Origin: Dehalococcoidia bacterium
GTDB taxonomy: Bacteria; Chloroflexota; Dehalococcoidia; Lucifugimonadales; JAGWBF01
Assembly: GCA_965219565.1 (NCBI GenBank)
Contig: OZ244780.1
Span: 1,787,672 to 1,851,671, forward strand
Direction of reading: 5' to 3'
DNA: 64,000 bases
Shown here: positions 45,638 to 53,744 of the stretch, one piece after another
How positions within the stretch are numbered: position 1 is the first letter of the stretch
Layout of the letters: every line of letters begins with the position of its first letter
Translations under genes and position numbers: made by a program
Notes under the pieces: model-generated
Told to the model about the DNA's origin: nothing
Database searches by the model: none
The model's input: only the letters and a program-made list of their open reading frames with translations

Positions 45638-45866
45638 AGCAGTCGACACCCTCGCCGCACCAAAGGGCAGCAGGCGGGATTCTAGAGAGCCTACCCAATC
45701 CGTCATTCCTGCGTAGGCTGGAATCCACTAACAATCCACATTCAGTGGTTGTGCTGGCATATATTGTGCTTACTTAATAGGTCGGTGCGTGGTATTGTAT
45801 ATGGGATAAGGGTATCGTAGGGTTGGAAATAAGTGCCCGAATAATGATTTCAAGTAGGGTTCCATC

Positions 45867-46805
45867 ATGTCTATATTCGATACTTTCGCTAAACGTAAAC
45901 GAAGATCTGAAGACGCAGGTAGGCCAGTAATCTACCGTTACGATGTCCTGCCTAATCAATTCAGGGTACAAGTCGTATACATTTGGCGAAGTGCCATAGG
46001 TGAGCCTTATTATTATCCATCGATACCTATGTCGGTGTGGGAACGAATCCGTGATACCCTCGCGCGAGAAATGGGGAAATTACGCTTAGTGGAGTCAACA
46101 CTTCACTCATCGAATCCAATGGAACACTGTGTACAATTTCTTCTGGCAAGCAAAGATGTAGACCAGGTGTTGAGCCTAATCGAGATCTCTTTCCTGGAGA
46201 TTGATACGACCATGAAGGAAGTGTATCAATATGGCGGTAATCTAAACGGCTCCGACGTTTCACAAACTCCTGATGATGCTATCAAAGAATTGAATTTCCG
46301 TTTTCAGGAACACGCCATAGGTTATCAGTACGAAGCTGGCCGGATTATAAAGATGGATTCCCAGTATATGCATGCGGAGGTTGTAGAACCAGCGATAAGA
46401 CTTCTACATGAGGCTAAGTTTGAAGGGGCCTTGCAGGAATTCATGAATGCTCATAAACACTACAGGGAAAGGAACAACAAAGAAGCGATAACAGAAGCCC
46501 TAAAAGCTTTTGAAAGCACCATGAAGACCATTTGCGACAGGCGAAAGTTGGGCTACTCTCAGAACGACACCGCAAGCAAACTGATAAAGACCCTGTTTGA
46601 CAACCATATCGTTCCTGTAGAGATGGAAAGTCAATTCAACAGCTTGCGATCAACCTTGGAGAGCGGTGTTACCACTCTAAGAAACAAGAAAGGTGGGCAT
46701 GGTCAGGGCAGCGAACCCATGGAAGTCCCTGACTATATCGCCGCTTACGCTCTACATCTCACGGCCTCCAACATAGTGTTCCTCATCAATGCGCACAATT
46801 CATAG
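45867..46805 (+). CDS. AbiJ-like protein: AbiJ-NTD4-type N-terminus plus C-terminal HEPN-like domain (candidate abortive-infection RNase)
   Basis: The N-terminus MSIFDTFAKRKRR...VIYRYDVLPNQFRVQVVYIW resembles STM4504/CBY_0614-type proteins. R272-NKKGG-H278 fits the HEPN Rx4-6H motif. Low-GC gene. Confidence 0.65.
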   Translation: MSIFDTFAKRKRRSEDAGRPVIYRYDVLPNQFRVQVVYIWRSAIGEPYYYPSIPMSVWERIRDTLAREMGKLRLVESTLHSSNPMEHCVQFLLASKDVDQVLSLIEISFLEIDTTMKEVYQYGGNLNGSDVSQTPDDAIKELNFRFQEHAIGYQYEAGRIIKMDSQYMHAEVVEPAIRLLHEAKFEGALQEFMNAHKHYRERNNKEAITEALKAFESTMKTICDRRKLGYSQNDTASKLIKTLFDNHIVPVEMESQFNSLRSTLESGVTTLRNKKGGHGQGSEPMEVPDYIAAYALHLTASNIVFLINAHNS

Positions 46806-46916
46806 ATAGAAGTATCCCTCGTCTTGTTGCGGAGCTATGAGGCGTGGCATTGGAGCATCGGCTCGTTTATAATGGGCTGGCCAAGATTAGCCGTGAAAGC
46901 AAGCAGGAGGGCTTGA

Positions 46917-48104
46917 ATGGACCGAGTTAAGTTTGTGGACAGCGACGCCCACGTGGTGGAGCCGGACAGCCTGTGGGACAACTACCTGGAGAGCAAGTAC
47001 AAAGGGCGAATCAAGTCCCACTTGGCCTATGAACGGGCCACAAAGCCCACCGACCCGTGGACCATCAACGTCTCGGTGGAAGTGGACGACTTTCCGCCCC
47101 AGCCCATGAGGCGGGCCAAGAACGAGAAGGAAGAGACGGACCCGGAACCCCTTCGGGAAGCCGTGGGCGCCGAGGTCTTCACCATGGGCGTGGAGCAATA
47201 CTACGGGAAGTGGCAGGAGAGAGGCTTCGACGCCGAGACCTACAGGCAGGTTATGGACCTGTCGGGCATCGACCGGATGATTCTCTACCCCACGGTAGGC
47301 CTGTGGTCTACCTCCAGCCCTGACATGGAGCCTGAGTTCGCCGCCGCCGTGCGCCGGGCCTACAACACCTGGCTGGGAGACTTCACCAAGGACATAGGAG
47401 GCCGGGCCTACGGAGCCGCGTCCATAGACCTGCGCGACCCAGAAGCCGCGGCCAAAGAAGTGCGCCGCTGCGTCACAGAATACGGCTTCAAGTCTGTCCA
47501 CCTGAACCCTTCTCCCGTGCCCGGCCGCCGGGTGTACGACCCGGAGTGCGACCAGGTGTGGGCTGCCTGCGCGGAGCTGAACGTGCCGGTGGGCGTGCAC
47601 CCCAGCGCGTCCAACGGGCTGGACATGGGGATGATTCCCTACTACCTTCCCGACCTGAGAAACGTGCAGGGCATCGTGGCCTTCTCCATAGGCAGCATGC
47701 TCTGCTGCTCCGCTTTCATAATGGGAGGAGTCCTGGAGAGGCACCCCGGGCTCAGGGTTGCCTTCCTGGAGGCGGGCGCCGGCTGGGCGAGCTACTGGCC
47801 TGAACGTATGATGTCAGGTATCAACGGCGGCAACCGTGGCCTCAAGATCAACGGCCTGACCAAGTCGCCGCAGGACTACTTCGCCGAGCAGTGCTTCATC
47901 GCCGCCGACCAGGATGACCCCGGAATACCTTTGGTGGCTCAGACGGTGGGAGAGCAGGTGCTGCTCACCGCCACAGACTTCGGCCACCCCGAGGGATACC
48001 GCTACCAGACCGCCTCCCGGGACTTCATGGGCGTCCCCGGAGTCACCGACGAGGCCAAGAAACGCATCCTGTGGGACAACGGAGTCAGGGCCTACGGCTT
48101 CTGA
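46917..48104 (+). CDS. Amidohydrolase-2 family protein (ACMSD-like metal-dependent hydrolase/decarboxylase)
   Basis: AGGAGGG RBS. N-terminal FVDSDAHVVEP and C-terminal TATDFGHPEG...ILWDN. Confidence 0.85.
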   Translation: MDRVKFVDSDAHVVEPDSLWDNYLESKYKGRIKSHLAYERATKPTDPWTINVSVEVDDFPPQPMRRAKNEKEETDPEPLREAVGAEVFTMGVEQYYGKWQERGFDAETYRQVMDLSGIDRMILYPTVGLWSTSSPDMEPEFAAAVRRAYNTWLGDFTKDIGGRAYGAASIDLRDPEAAAKEVRRCVTEYGFKSVHLNPSPVPGRRVYDPECDQVWAACAELNVPVGVHPSASNGLDMGMIPYYLPDLRNVQGIVAFSIGSMLCCSAFIMGGVLERHPGLRVAFLEAGAGWASYWPERMMSGINGGNRGLKINGLTKSPQDYFAEQCFIAADQDDPGIPLVAQTVGEQVLLTATDFGHPEGYRYQTASRDFMGVPGVTDEAKKRILWDNGVRAYGF

Positions 48105-48145
48105 CGCCGCCTCCATACAAGGCTCGAACCGCCAGAACCCTACGA

Positions 48146-48182
48146 GAAGGGACGTCCAAACGGCGTCCCTTCAGCTTGTTGT
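48146..48182 (+). terminator. Hairpin after the first amidohydrolase gene
   Basis: GAAGGGACG-(9 nt)-CGTCCCTTC, then AGCTTGTTGT. Confidence 0.5.
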
Positions 48183-48207
48183 AGAGCCACAGGGTTTTCT
48201 CTATAAT
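48179..48207 (+). promoter_or_regulatory. Promoter candidate for the second amidohydrolase gene
   Basis: TTGTAG-N17-TATAAT (perfect -10), 45 nt upstream of ATG 48253. Confidence 0.4.
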
Positions 48208-48252
48208 TAAGTTAACAAGGCATCAACCGGTTGAGAATAACGGAGGGTTTCG

Positions 48253-49533
48253 ATGGAGAGACTCAGGTTCATAGACGGTGACGCGCACATTCTGGAGCCC
48301 CAGGACATCTGGGACGAGTACCTGGAGAAGAAGTACAAGGGCGCCGTGGGCAAGGGGTTCGCCCGTTGGGCCCACGCCTCAACACTGCCACAGGGTGAGG
48401 CGCGCCTGCAGGAAAAGGGCCAGGAGGACCCCCTGTGCTTCAACATGGAGATAGAGATAATGGGGCGTCAGGTGCCCAACCGTGCGCCGCGCGACCCGCG
48501 AGTGGGGGTGGACGGCAAGCCGCTGGTCCAGGGCACGGACTCCGACCAGGCCTTTGGAAGCACGGCAAACCAGGAGACGGGCGTAACCATCATCGAGGAC
48601 AGGGAGCTGAACGATCTGACCGACGCCTACGGCAAGTGGGCCGACGAGAATTTCCCTGCCCGCGCCTACCGCGAAGTGATGGACACCCACGGAATCGACT
48701 ACATGATTCTGTACCCCACGGTGGGGTTCTGGGTTACAGGAGCCGCCGAGATGGACGGCGAGACTGCCACCGCCATCAGAAGGGCCTATAACCGTTGGCT
48801 GGGGGACTTCACAAAGGACATCGGGCATGGCGCATGCGGCGCCGCCTCCATCGACCTGCGAGACCCAGAACTGGCCCGCAAAGAGGTGGAACGGTGCGTC
48901 AAAGAGTATGACTTCAAGGCGGTCCACCTCAACCCCGCGCCAGTGCCGAACCTGCGTCTTTTCGACGAAGTTTGCGACCCGCTGTGGGAAACTTGCGCCG
49001 ACCTTGGTGTGCCCATAGGGCTACATCCAAGCGCCAACCACCCCTTCGACCAAGGCATGTTGGACTACATTCCGGGCCTGAGAAACTGCCGCACTACCGT
49101 CTCCTTCGTCATGGGCAGCATGATGGCCTGCACCTCGTTGATTATGGGCGGAGTGCTGGAACGCCACCCCAAGCTGAAGGTAGTGTTCCTCGAGTCCGGC
49201 TGCGGCTGGGCGTCCTTCTGGCCCGACAGGTTGGAGTCTGGGATACAGGGAGGCACCCGTGGCCTGAAGATCAACGGACTGAGCCGGATGCCCAAGGAGT
49301 ACTTCTCCGAGCAGTGTTTCGTGGCCGCGGACCAGGACGACCCCAACATCACCGACGTTATCAACAACGTCGGCGATCACGTCATCGTCAGCGCCACTGA
49401 CTTCGGCCACCCGGAGGGGAGGCACTACGCCTCAGCCGTTGGGGACGTGATGAAGCTGGAAGGTGTTTCCCATGAGAGCAAGAAGAAGCTGTTGTGGGAC
49501 AACGCCCTTCGCGCCTATCCCATCAAGCCTTAA
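48253..49533 (+). CDS. Amidohydrolase-2 family protein, tandem paralogue with N-proximal insertion
   Basis: GGAGGG RBS. FIDGDAHILEP and SATDFGHPEG...LLWDN. Collinear with the 46917 product except for an inserted segment of roughly 30 aa net (426 vs 395 aa). Confidence 0.85.
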   Translation: MERLRFIDGDAHILEPQDIWDEYLEKKYKGAVGKGFARWAHASTLPQGEARLQEKGQEDPLCFNMEIEIMGRQVPNRAPRDPRVGVDGKPLVQGTDSDQAFGSTANQETGVTIIEDRELNDLTDAYGKWADENFPARAYREVMDTHGIDYMILYPTVGFWVTGAAEMDGETATAIRRAYNRWLGDFTKDIGHGACGAASIDLRDPELARKEVERCVKEYDFKAVHLNPAPVPNLRLFDEVCDPLWETCADLGVPIGLHPSANHPFDQGMLDYIPGLRNCRTTVSFVMGSMMACTSLIMGGVLERHPKLKVVFLESGCGWASFWPDRLESGIQGGTRGLKINGLSRMPKEYFSEQCFVAADQDDPNITDVINNVGDHVIVSATDFGHPEGRHYASAVGDVMKLEGVSHESKKKLLWDNALRAYPIKP

Positions 49534-49570
49534 CCTCGGAGGCGAGCCTGAAACGATTTTGGGGGGAGCT

Positions 49571-49600
49571 TATGCTCCCCCCTAACTTTATCTTTAAGAT
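49571..49600 (+). terminator. Intrinsic terminator candidate
   Basis: GGGGGGAGC-ttat-GCTCCCCCC followed by TAACTTTATCTTT. Confidence 0.6.
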
Positions 49601-49629
49601 CCTCTATGCAAGCAGTTGCTTTCAGATGG

Positions 49630-49657
49630 GTAGGGGCGACCGGCCGGTCGCCCCTAC
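49630..49657. repeat. Perfect 28-nt GC-rich palindrome (REP-like)
   Basis: GTAGGGGCGACCGG|CCGGTCGCCCCTAC, read directly, between convergent genes. Confidence 0.8.
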
Positions 49658-49710
49658 GTGGTCGGTCGTACTCGCCGTGCCTCCGTCACTGGCGCCGTGC
49701 ATGACATTGC

Positions 49711-50229
49711 TCAGGGCAAGTTGTGATTCTCCCGGATCTCGTCGAAAGGCTCGCCATCCACCAGGACGTCCTTGATCACGGCCCTGCCCCTGTTGCCCAC
49801 TGAAACCACTACCTTGATCTCGGTGGACTGCTCTATGATGTGGCCGGAGCCTTCCGGAACGAAATACGTCCCTATGCCGAAGTCGATTTCCCCGCCCGAT
49901 CCCACCGTTCCTTTGATAAAAGGCTGGTCGTCGGAATCGTTACGCCGGAACTCGCGCCGGAGGGCCTGCCAAGATTCGGGACCCTCTTCCAGATAGACGT
50001 AGACTTCCTGCCCGGGACTGGCTTTCCAGTCTTCAGGAACCTGGGCTATCTCGTACCGCAATATTACGTAGTCTCCTTGAAGCAGGGACCTGGGGTCAAT
50101 CGGAAGCGTCTTCAAGACTACGTCGACTCCCGACCGCAGCGTGTATTCACGATCGGCTATGAGTCCCACGAGCAATAGGACCTGGGCCGCGACGATGATC
50201 AGGAGCGCCAGCTTGAATTTACGGCTCAT
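49711..50229 (-). CDS. GDYXXLXY domain-containing membrane-anchored protein
   Basis: N-terminal TM helix and the motif GDYVILRY. The start is uncertain (50229 or 50250); either overlaps the upstream gene end. Confidence 0.8.
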   Translation of the reverse strand: MSRKFKLALLIIVAAQVLLLVGLIADREYTLRSGVDVVLKTLPIDPRSLLQGDYVILRYEIAQVPEDWKASPGQEVYVYLEEGPESWQALRREFRRNDSDDQPFIKGTVGSGGEIDFGIGTYFVPEGSGHIIEQSTEIKVVVSVGNRGRAVIKDVLVDGEPFDEIRENHNLP

Positions 50230-51538
50230 GGACGCCCTCGATTGTGTCACGCTCCCTGCTCGTCATCCTTTCGAACACCTTTCGGCGTCCCCTCTCCAAG
50301 AAGAAGCCCCCGGCCAGTAGAATGACCCCGGCCACAACGAAAACGATTGACCGGTCCAAGAGGTCCCAACTCAGCTCGAAATATCGAGTCACGACGTCTA
50401 ACGCGAAGAAAGCCAGGCCGATGTTGATGAAGGACTCCATCGCCCTAACGTATCCCAAGACAACCAGGCCGATGATCGCTACTAGGAGCAACAGGTTGAA
50501 CACCAAGGGAAAAGTGAATTCCTTGCCGTGGGGGGCGAACAGGACAGTGAAGACGGCTGCTGTCATAAGAACGGAGGCTATCAGTTCGAAGGACAACAGC
50601 TTGACGGTCCTACCCTGACATAGGCTTCTAACGTAGACGGCGACTTGAGTAACGAGACCTATGGCAGAGAATACGCATAGAAGCGGCCAAAGCCCTATGG
50701 GTGCATCGGGGTCGATCCGTTCCGCCAACTCTATCCCATCATACGCGGACCTGAAGCCGAGGAGGTACACGGTAAAAAGGACTGTAAGCGTTCCCATGAT
50801 TTGGAACGCCCAAGCGTAATCGATAGTTTCCCGGAAGATCCCTTGTAACCTGCCAAGCCCGTACAAACCCAGCCCAAGCATGGCAAAAACTGAGATGGAG
50901 AATATCCCGTCAGCTTGACTGCCCGAGTCGCCCAAGTATTCGTAGAGCCAAAAACTCGTCGCCCCCAGCGCCAGGCCGATGGTCAGGAAGACCGTGGGCT
51001 GGGACCTCGTCAGATAGGCTATGGGCGCCACTCCCGCCAGCCAATAGGTGAAGAGAGTGGGATCGTTAAGCTCGAAATTGTAGATTTGGGCCACGAGGTG
51101 AATCGCGGCCCCGTACACTATGGCGGCCAGCAAGATGAAGGCGGCGCCCACTCTTTCGTAGCCTTTTACATAACGCATCCAGTAAGCTGCGCCATATGCC
51201 CCTGGAACGCAGGCCATGACCAATGCTAGCCGGATAGGCTTGGCTATGGCATCCCAGTTGGCGGCGAAGAAGGAAATGATTCCAATCCCAACCAGAATCG
51301 TGCCGAGTACGGCCAGTATCGAGATGAGACGTCCACGGGCTATATCGACTGCGGCGACTCCAGCTTTGCCTCGGTAGCTGTCGAGGATAGCCGCGGCCTG
51401 TTCCTGGGAAATCAACCCCTGGCTGCGCCACTGCCGCACCTCAATGGCAAGCTTAGCGAGGAATTGGCCGTCCTCGGTGTCGCCCATTTCTGGCTGGTCC
51501 CTCATCGAGTCGCTTTCGTTTTCATTCCCACTTCCCAT
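50219..51538 (-). CDS. DUF2157-type polytopic membrane protein
   Basis: Soluble N-terminus with WRSQGLISQEQAAAILDSY, then about 10 or more hydrophobic segments. Start uncertain (ATG 51538, ATG 51505 or TTG 51547). Confidence 0.75.
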   Translation of the reverse strand: MGSGNENESDSMRDQPEMGDTEDGQFLAKLAIEVRQWRSQGLISQEQAAAILDSYRGKAGVAAVDIARGRLISILAVLGTILVGIGIISFFAANWDAIAKPIRLALVMACVPGAYGAAYWMRYVKGYERVGAAFILLAAIVYGAAIHLVAQIYNFELNDPTLFTYWLAGVAPIAYLTRSQPTVFLTIGLALGATSFWLYEYLGDSGSQADGIFSISVFAMLGLGLYGLGRLQGIFRETIDYAWAFQIMGTLTVLFTVYLLGFRSAYDGIELAERIDPDAPIGLWPLLCVFSAIGLVTQVAVYVRSLCQGRTVKLLSFELIASVLMTAAVFTVLFAPHGKEFTFPLVFNLLLLVAIIGLVVLGYVRAMESFINIGLAFFALDVVTRYFELSWDLLDRSIVFVVAGVILLAGGFFLERGRRKVFERMTSRERDTIEGVHEP

Positions 51539-51642
51539 AGGGGCCAAGTGTATACGGAATCGCGGGAGTCAACCAGCCGTTTGGAAGCGAATATGGGGCA
51601 GTCGCACTTGCTTTGGGACGCCCCTTTGGCGCCCAGGGCCTG

Positions 51643-52890
51643 CTAGAGCATGTTGAGGATGCGCCGCAGTTCTATGAGCGCGGTAGAGGAGGCCCTGCGT
51701 CTGATTACAAGCGACCGGGGCGGCAGGCGAAGAGGAACGTGGGTCACTGATTCTCCCGACACTGGGGGGTGCACCAGGGCTATGTGGACGACGCCGGGCG
51801 GCTGACCGTCCACTTCGTCAGGGCCAAGGACTCCGGTTATGCCGATTCCCACGTCGGCGCCGGACGCCGACGTGCCTGCGGCGGCTTGGGCCATGGCCTG
51901 GGCCGTTTCGGGGCTTACTAGGCCGTGAGCGTCTATGACCTCAGCCGAAACCCCGCTGCTAACGGCGGACTCTCGTCCGTGCACGACGAGGCCCCGACGG
52001 TAATATTGGGCGGTACCGGCTGTCTCGCTGATGCTGGAGGCGAGGACTCCGCCCGTACAATGTTCCATAGTGGACAGGCTCAATCCTTTGGCGACCAGAA
52101 GGTCTCCCACGGCTTGCTGGGGTGTCTCGTCGTCGTAACCCCAGATGTATGGCCCCATAATGGAGAGCAGTCCGTTCTCGGCGGGTTGGAGCAGAGAACG
52201 GGCGGATGCCTCGTCGGAGCCTCTGGCGATGATTCTCAGATGTATACCGTCGGACTTGGAGTAGATTCCCAGATAGGGGTTCTCCTTGCCCAGATAGTCG
52301 GTCACCAACTCATCGACGGCTCCCTCGGACATGCCGGAGGTCTTGATGTTCCGGGTAAGAATCACCTCGCCGCGGCTTATCTTACTCAACCGTGGGACGA
52401 CCTCGGCTTCCCAGATTGCCTGAAGTTCAGCGGGTGGGCCTGGCATCGTCACTATTCGCTTGTCGTTGTGCTCTACCCACCAACCGGGGGCTGTGCCCCG
52501 CGCGTTGGGGATGATTTCCGCCGACGGTATGAGGCTGGCCTGGCGTATGTTGGTGGCCGGCATGTCTCCACCACGCCGCCTGAAATAAGCCCGGAGTTGT
52601 TCGACGATGTCCTCCTGAATCTCCATCTCCTCGCCCAGAGCCGCCGCCACGGCGTCCCGGGTGAGGTCGTCCTGGGTGGGACCCAGTCCTCCTGAGGTGA
52701 ATATGATGTCTGAGCGTTCCAGGCCCCGTTTCACTGCCCCCACGAGGGTTTCTATATCATCCCCTACGAGGGAGACGTGCCTCAGGTTAATGCCCAGAGC
52801 AGGCAGCCTGGAGGCGATGAAGGATGAGTTGGTGTCGACAAGTTCCCCCATCAAAAGCTCGGTGCCGACCGACAATATTTCAGCGTTCAT
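51643..52890 (-). CDS. cinA: CinA family protein (MoCF-like domain plus nicotinamide-nucleotide amidohydrolase PncC domain)
   Basis: MNAEILSVGTELLMGELVDTNS hallmark N-terminus. 415 aa. Confidence 0.9.
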   Translation of the reverse strand: MNAEILSVGTELLMGELVDTNSSFIASRLPALGINLRHVSLVGDDIETLVGAVKRGLERSDIIFTSGGLGPTQDDLTRDAVAAALGEEMEIQEDIVEQLRAYFRRRGGDMPATNIRQASLIPSAEIIPNARGTAPGWWVEHNDKRIVTMPGPPAELQAIWEAEVVPRLSKISRGEVILTRNIKTSGMSEGAVDELVTDYLGKENPYLGIYSKSDGIHLRIIARGSDEASARSLLQPAENGLLSIMGPYIWGYDDETPQQAVGDLLVAKGLSLSTMEHCTGGVLASSISETAGTAQYYRRGLVVHGRESAVSSGVSAEVIDAHGLVSPETAQAMAQAAAGTSASGADVGIGITGVLGPDEVDGQPPGVVHIALVHPPVSGESVTHVPLRLPPRSLVIRRRASSTALIELRRILNML

Positions 52891-53130
52891 TTAGCGTTGG
52901 CCTAATAAAATATGGTTCACGTGGATTCAACGAAGTATATAGGCCAAGCCTATGCGGACTCAACAGGGACATGGAGGGCGCTTGTCCTATTTCACGCGAA
53001 GGGAGAGGCTGGGACCGTCGTCTGGACATATTTCTTCCCAATTTGGCGGGAAGGCTGAGGTGGGGGTAGGGGCGACGACTTTGGGAAGGGTTCCGACCGG
53101 AGTCTTGGCGCCACGAGACAGGCGGAGAGT

Positions 53131-53712
53131 CTAGGAAGCTTCTTCCTCGTCGGCGGCCTCTTCCGGCTCGGCTTCTTCCGGCTCTTCCGGCGGGTATGGA
53201 GGGTCAGCGGCCAACTTGGATATGACCTCGCACCAGATGGCAGCCACGGTGTACAACCTGTCATCTCCCGCCAGGGATGCGTACCACTTTTCGCCGTCAG
53301 GCGTAGGGTCACCTAAGAGGAAGGACACACGAGTCCCAGCCACGTCCGTCACTACGACCGTGGTCTGGGGTTCACCCAACCCATATTCCGCCGGGTCCTC
53401 TATAGCATGCGCCACTACGTCCGGACTTGTGCGTGGCCCGCTGAGCAGCAGGGGGGTGCCGGACCACCTATCACGGTCTACGGGAGTGTCGTCCCCATCC
53501 TTGATAACCCACCCATCGTCGGTGGCTTCGTACTCGACGGTGGTGTCCATGTGGGTCACAGAAATGTGGGCAATGGAGCTTGGGTCGACTTTGAAGAGCC
53601 AGGGAGGTTCTTCCTCGAGCTCGCGCTTGTCCTGCAGACCGAACACCACGCCCACGGCGCCTCCGATGACCGCCAGCACAACGAGTAGAAGTATGGTAAG
53701 TCGAACGTTCAT
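53131..53712 (-). CDS. DUF4340-like membrane-anchored protein with acidic tail
   Basis: N-terminal TM helix. Positioned downstream of the GldG-like gene, as in ABC-GldG-DUF4340 clusters. The tail is PPEEPEEAEPEEAADEEEAS. Confidence 0.6.
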   Translation of the reverse strand: MNVRLTILLLVVLAVIGGAVGVVFGLQDKRELEEEPPWLFKVDPSSIAHISVTHMDTTVEYEATDDGWVIKDGDDTPVDRDRWSGTPLLLSGPRTSPDVVAHAIEDPAEYGLGEPQTTVVVTDVAGTRVSFLLGDPTPDGEKWYASLAGDDRLYTVAAIWCEVISKLAADPPYPPEEPEEAEPEEAADEEEAS

Positions 53713-53744
53713 ATTCTAGAGCAGACCGGCTATCCCTCGGGCGC

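Noticed and set aside
45703-45726. Imperfect hairpin TCATTCCTGCGTAGGCTGGAATCC resembling widespread 'cattcccgc...gcgggaatg' palindromic elements
   Set aside because: The stem is only 8 bp with a mismatch, it is a single copy, and it has no T-tract. It may simply be part of the islet's AT-rich spacer.
46887-47744. 285-aa minus-strand ORF antisense to the first amidohydrolase
   Set aside because: It is a shadow ORF with His/Gly/Arg/Val-rich composition and no RBS.
51925-52695. 256-aa plus-strand ORF antisense to cinA
   Set aside because: It is a shadow ORF, because cinA homology on the minus strand is unambiguous.
53066-53076. GTAGGGGCGAC 11-mer shared with the 49630 palindrome, considered as a second REP copy
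   Set aside because: An 11-nt match is expected many times by chance in 64 kb on two strands, and the right arm of the palindrome is missing here. It is not enough to call a repeat family from this window alone.
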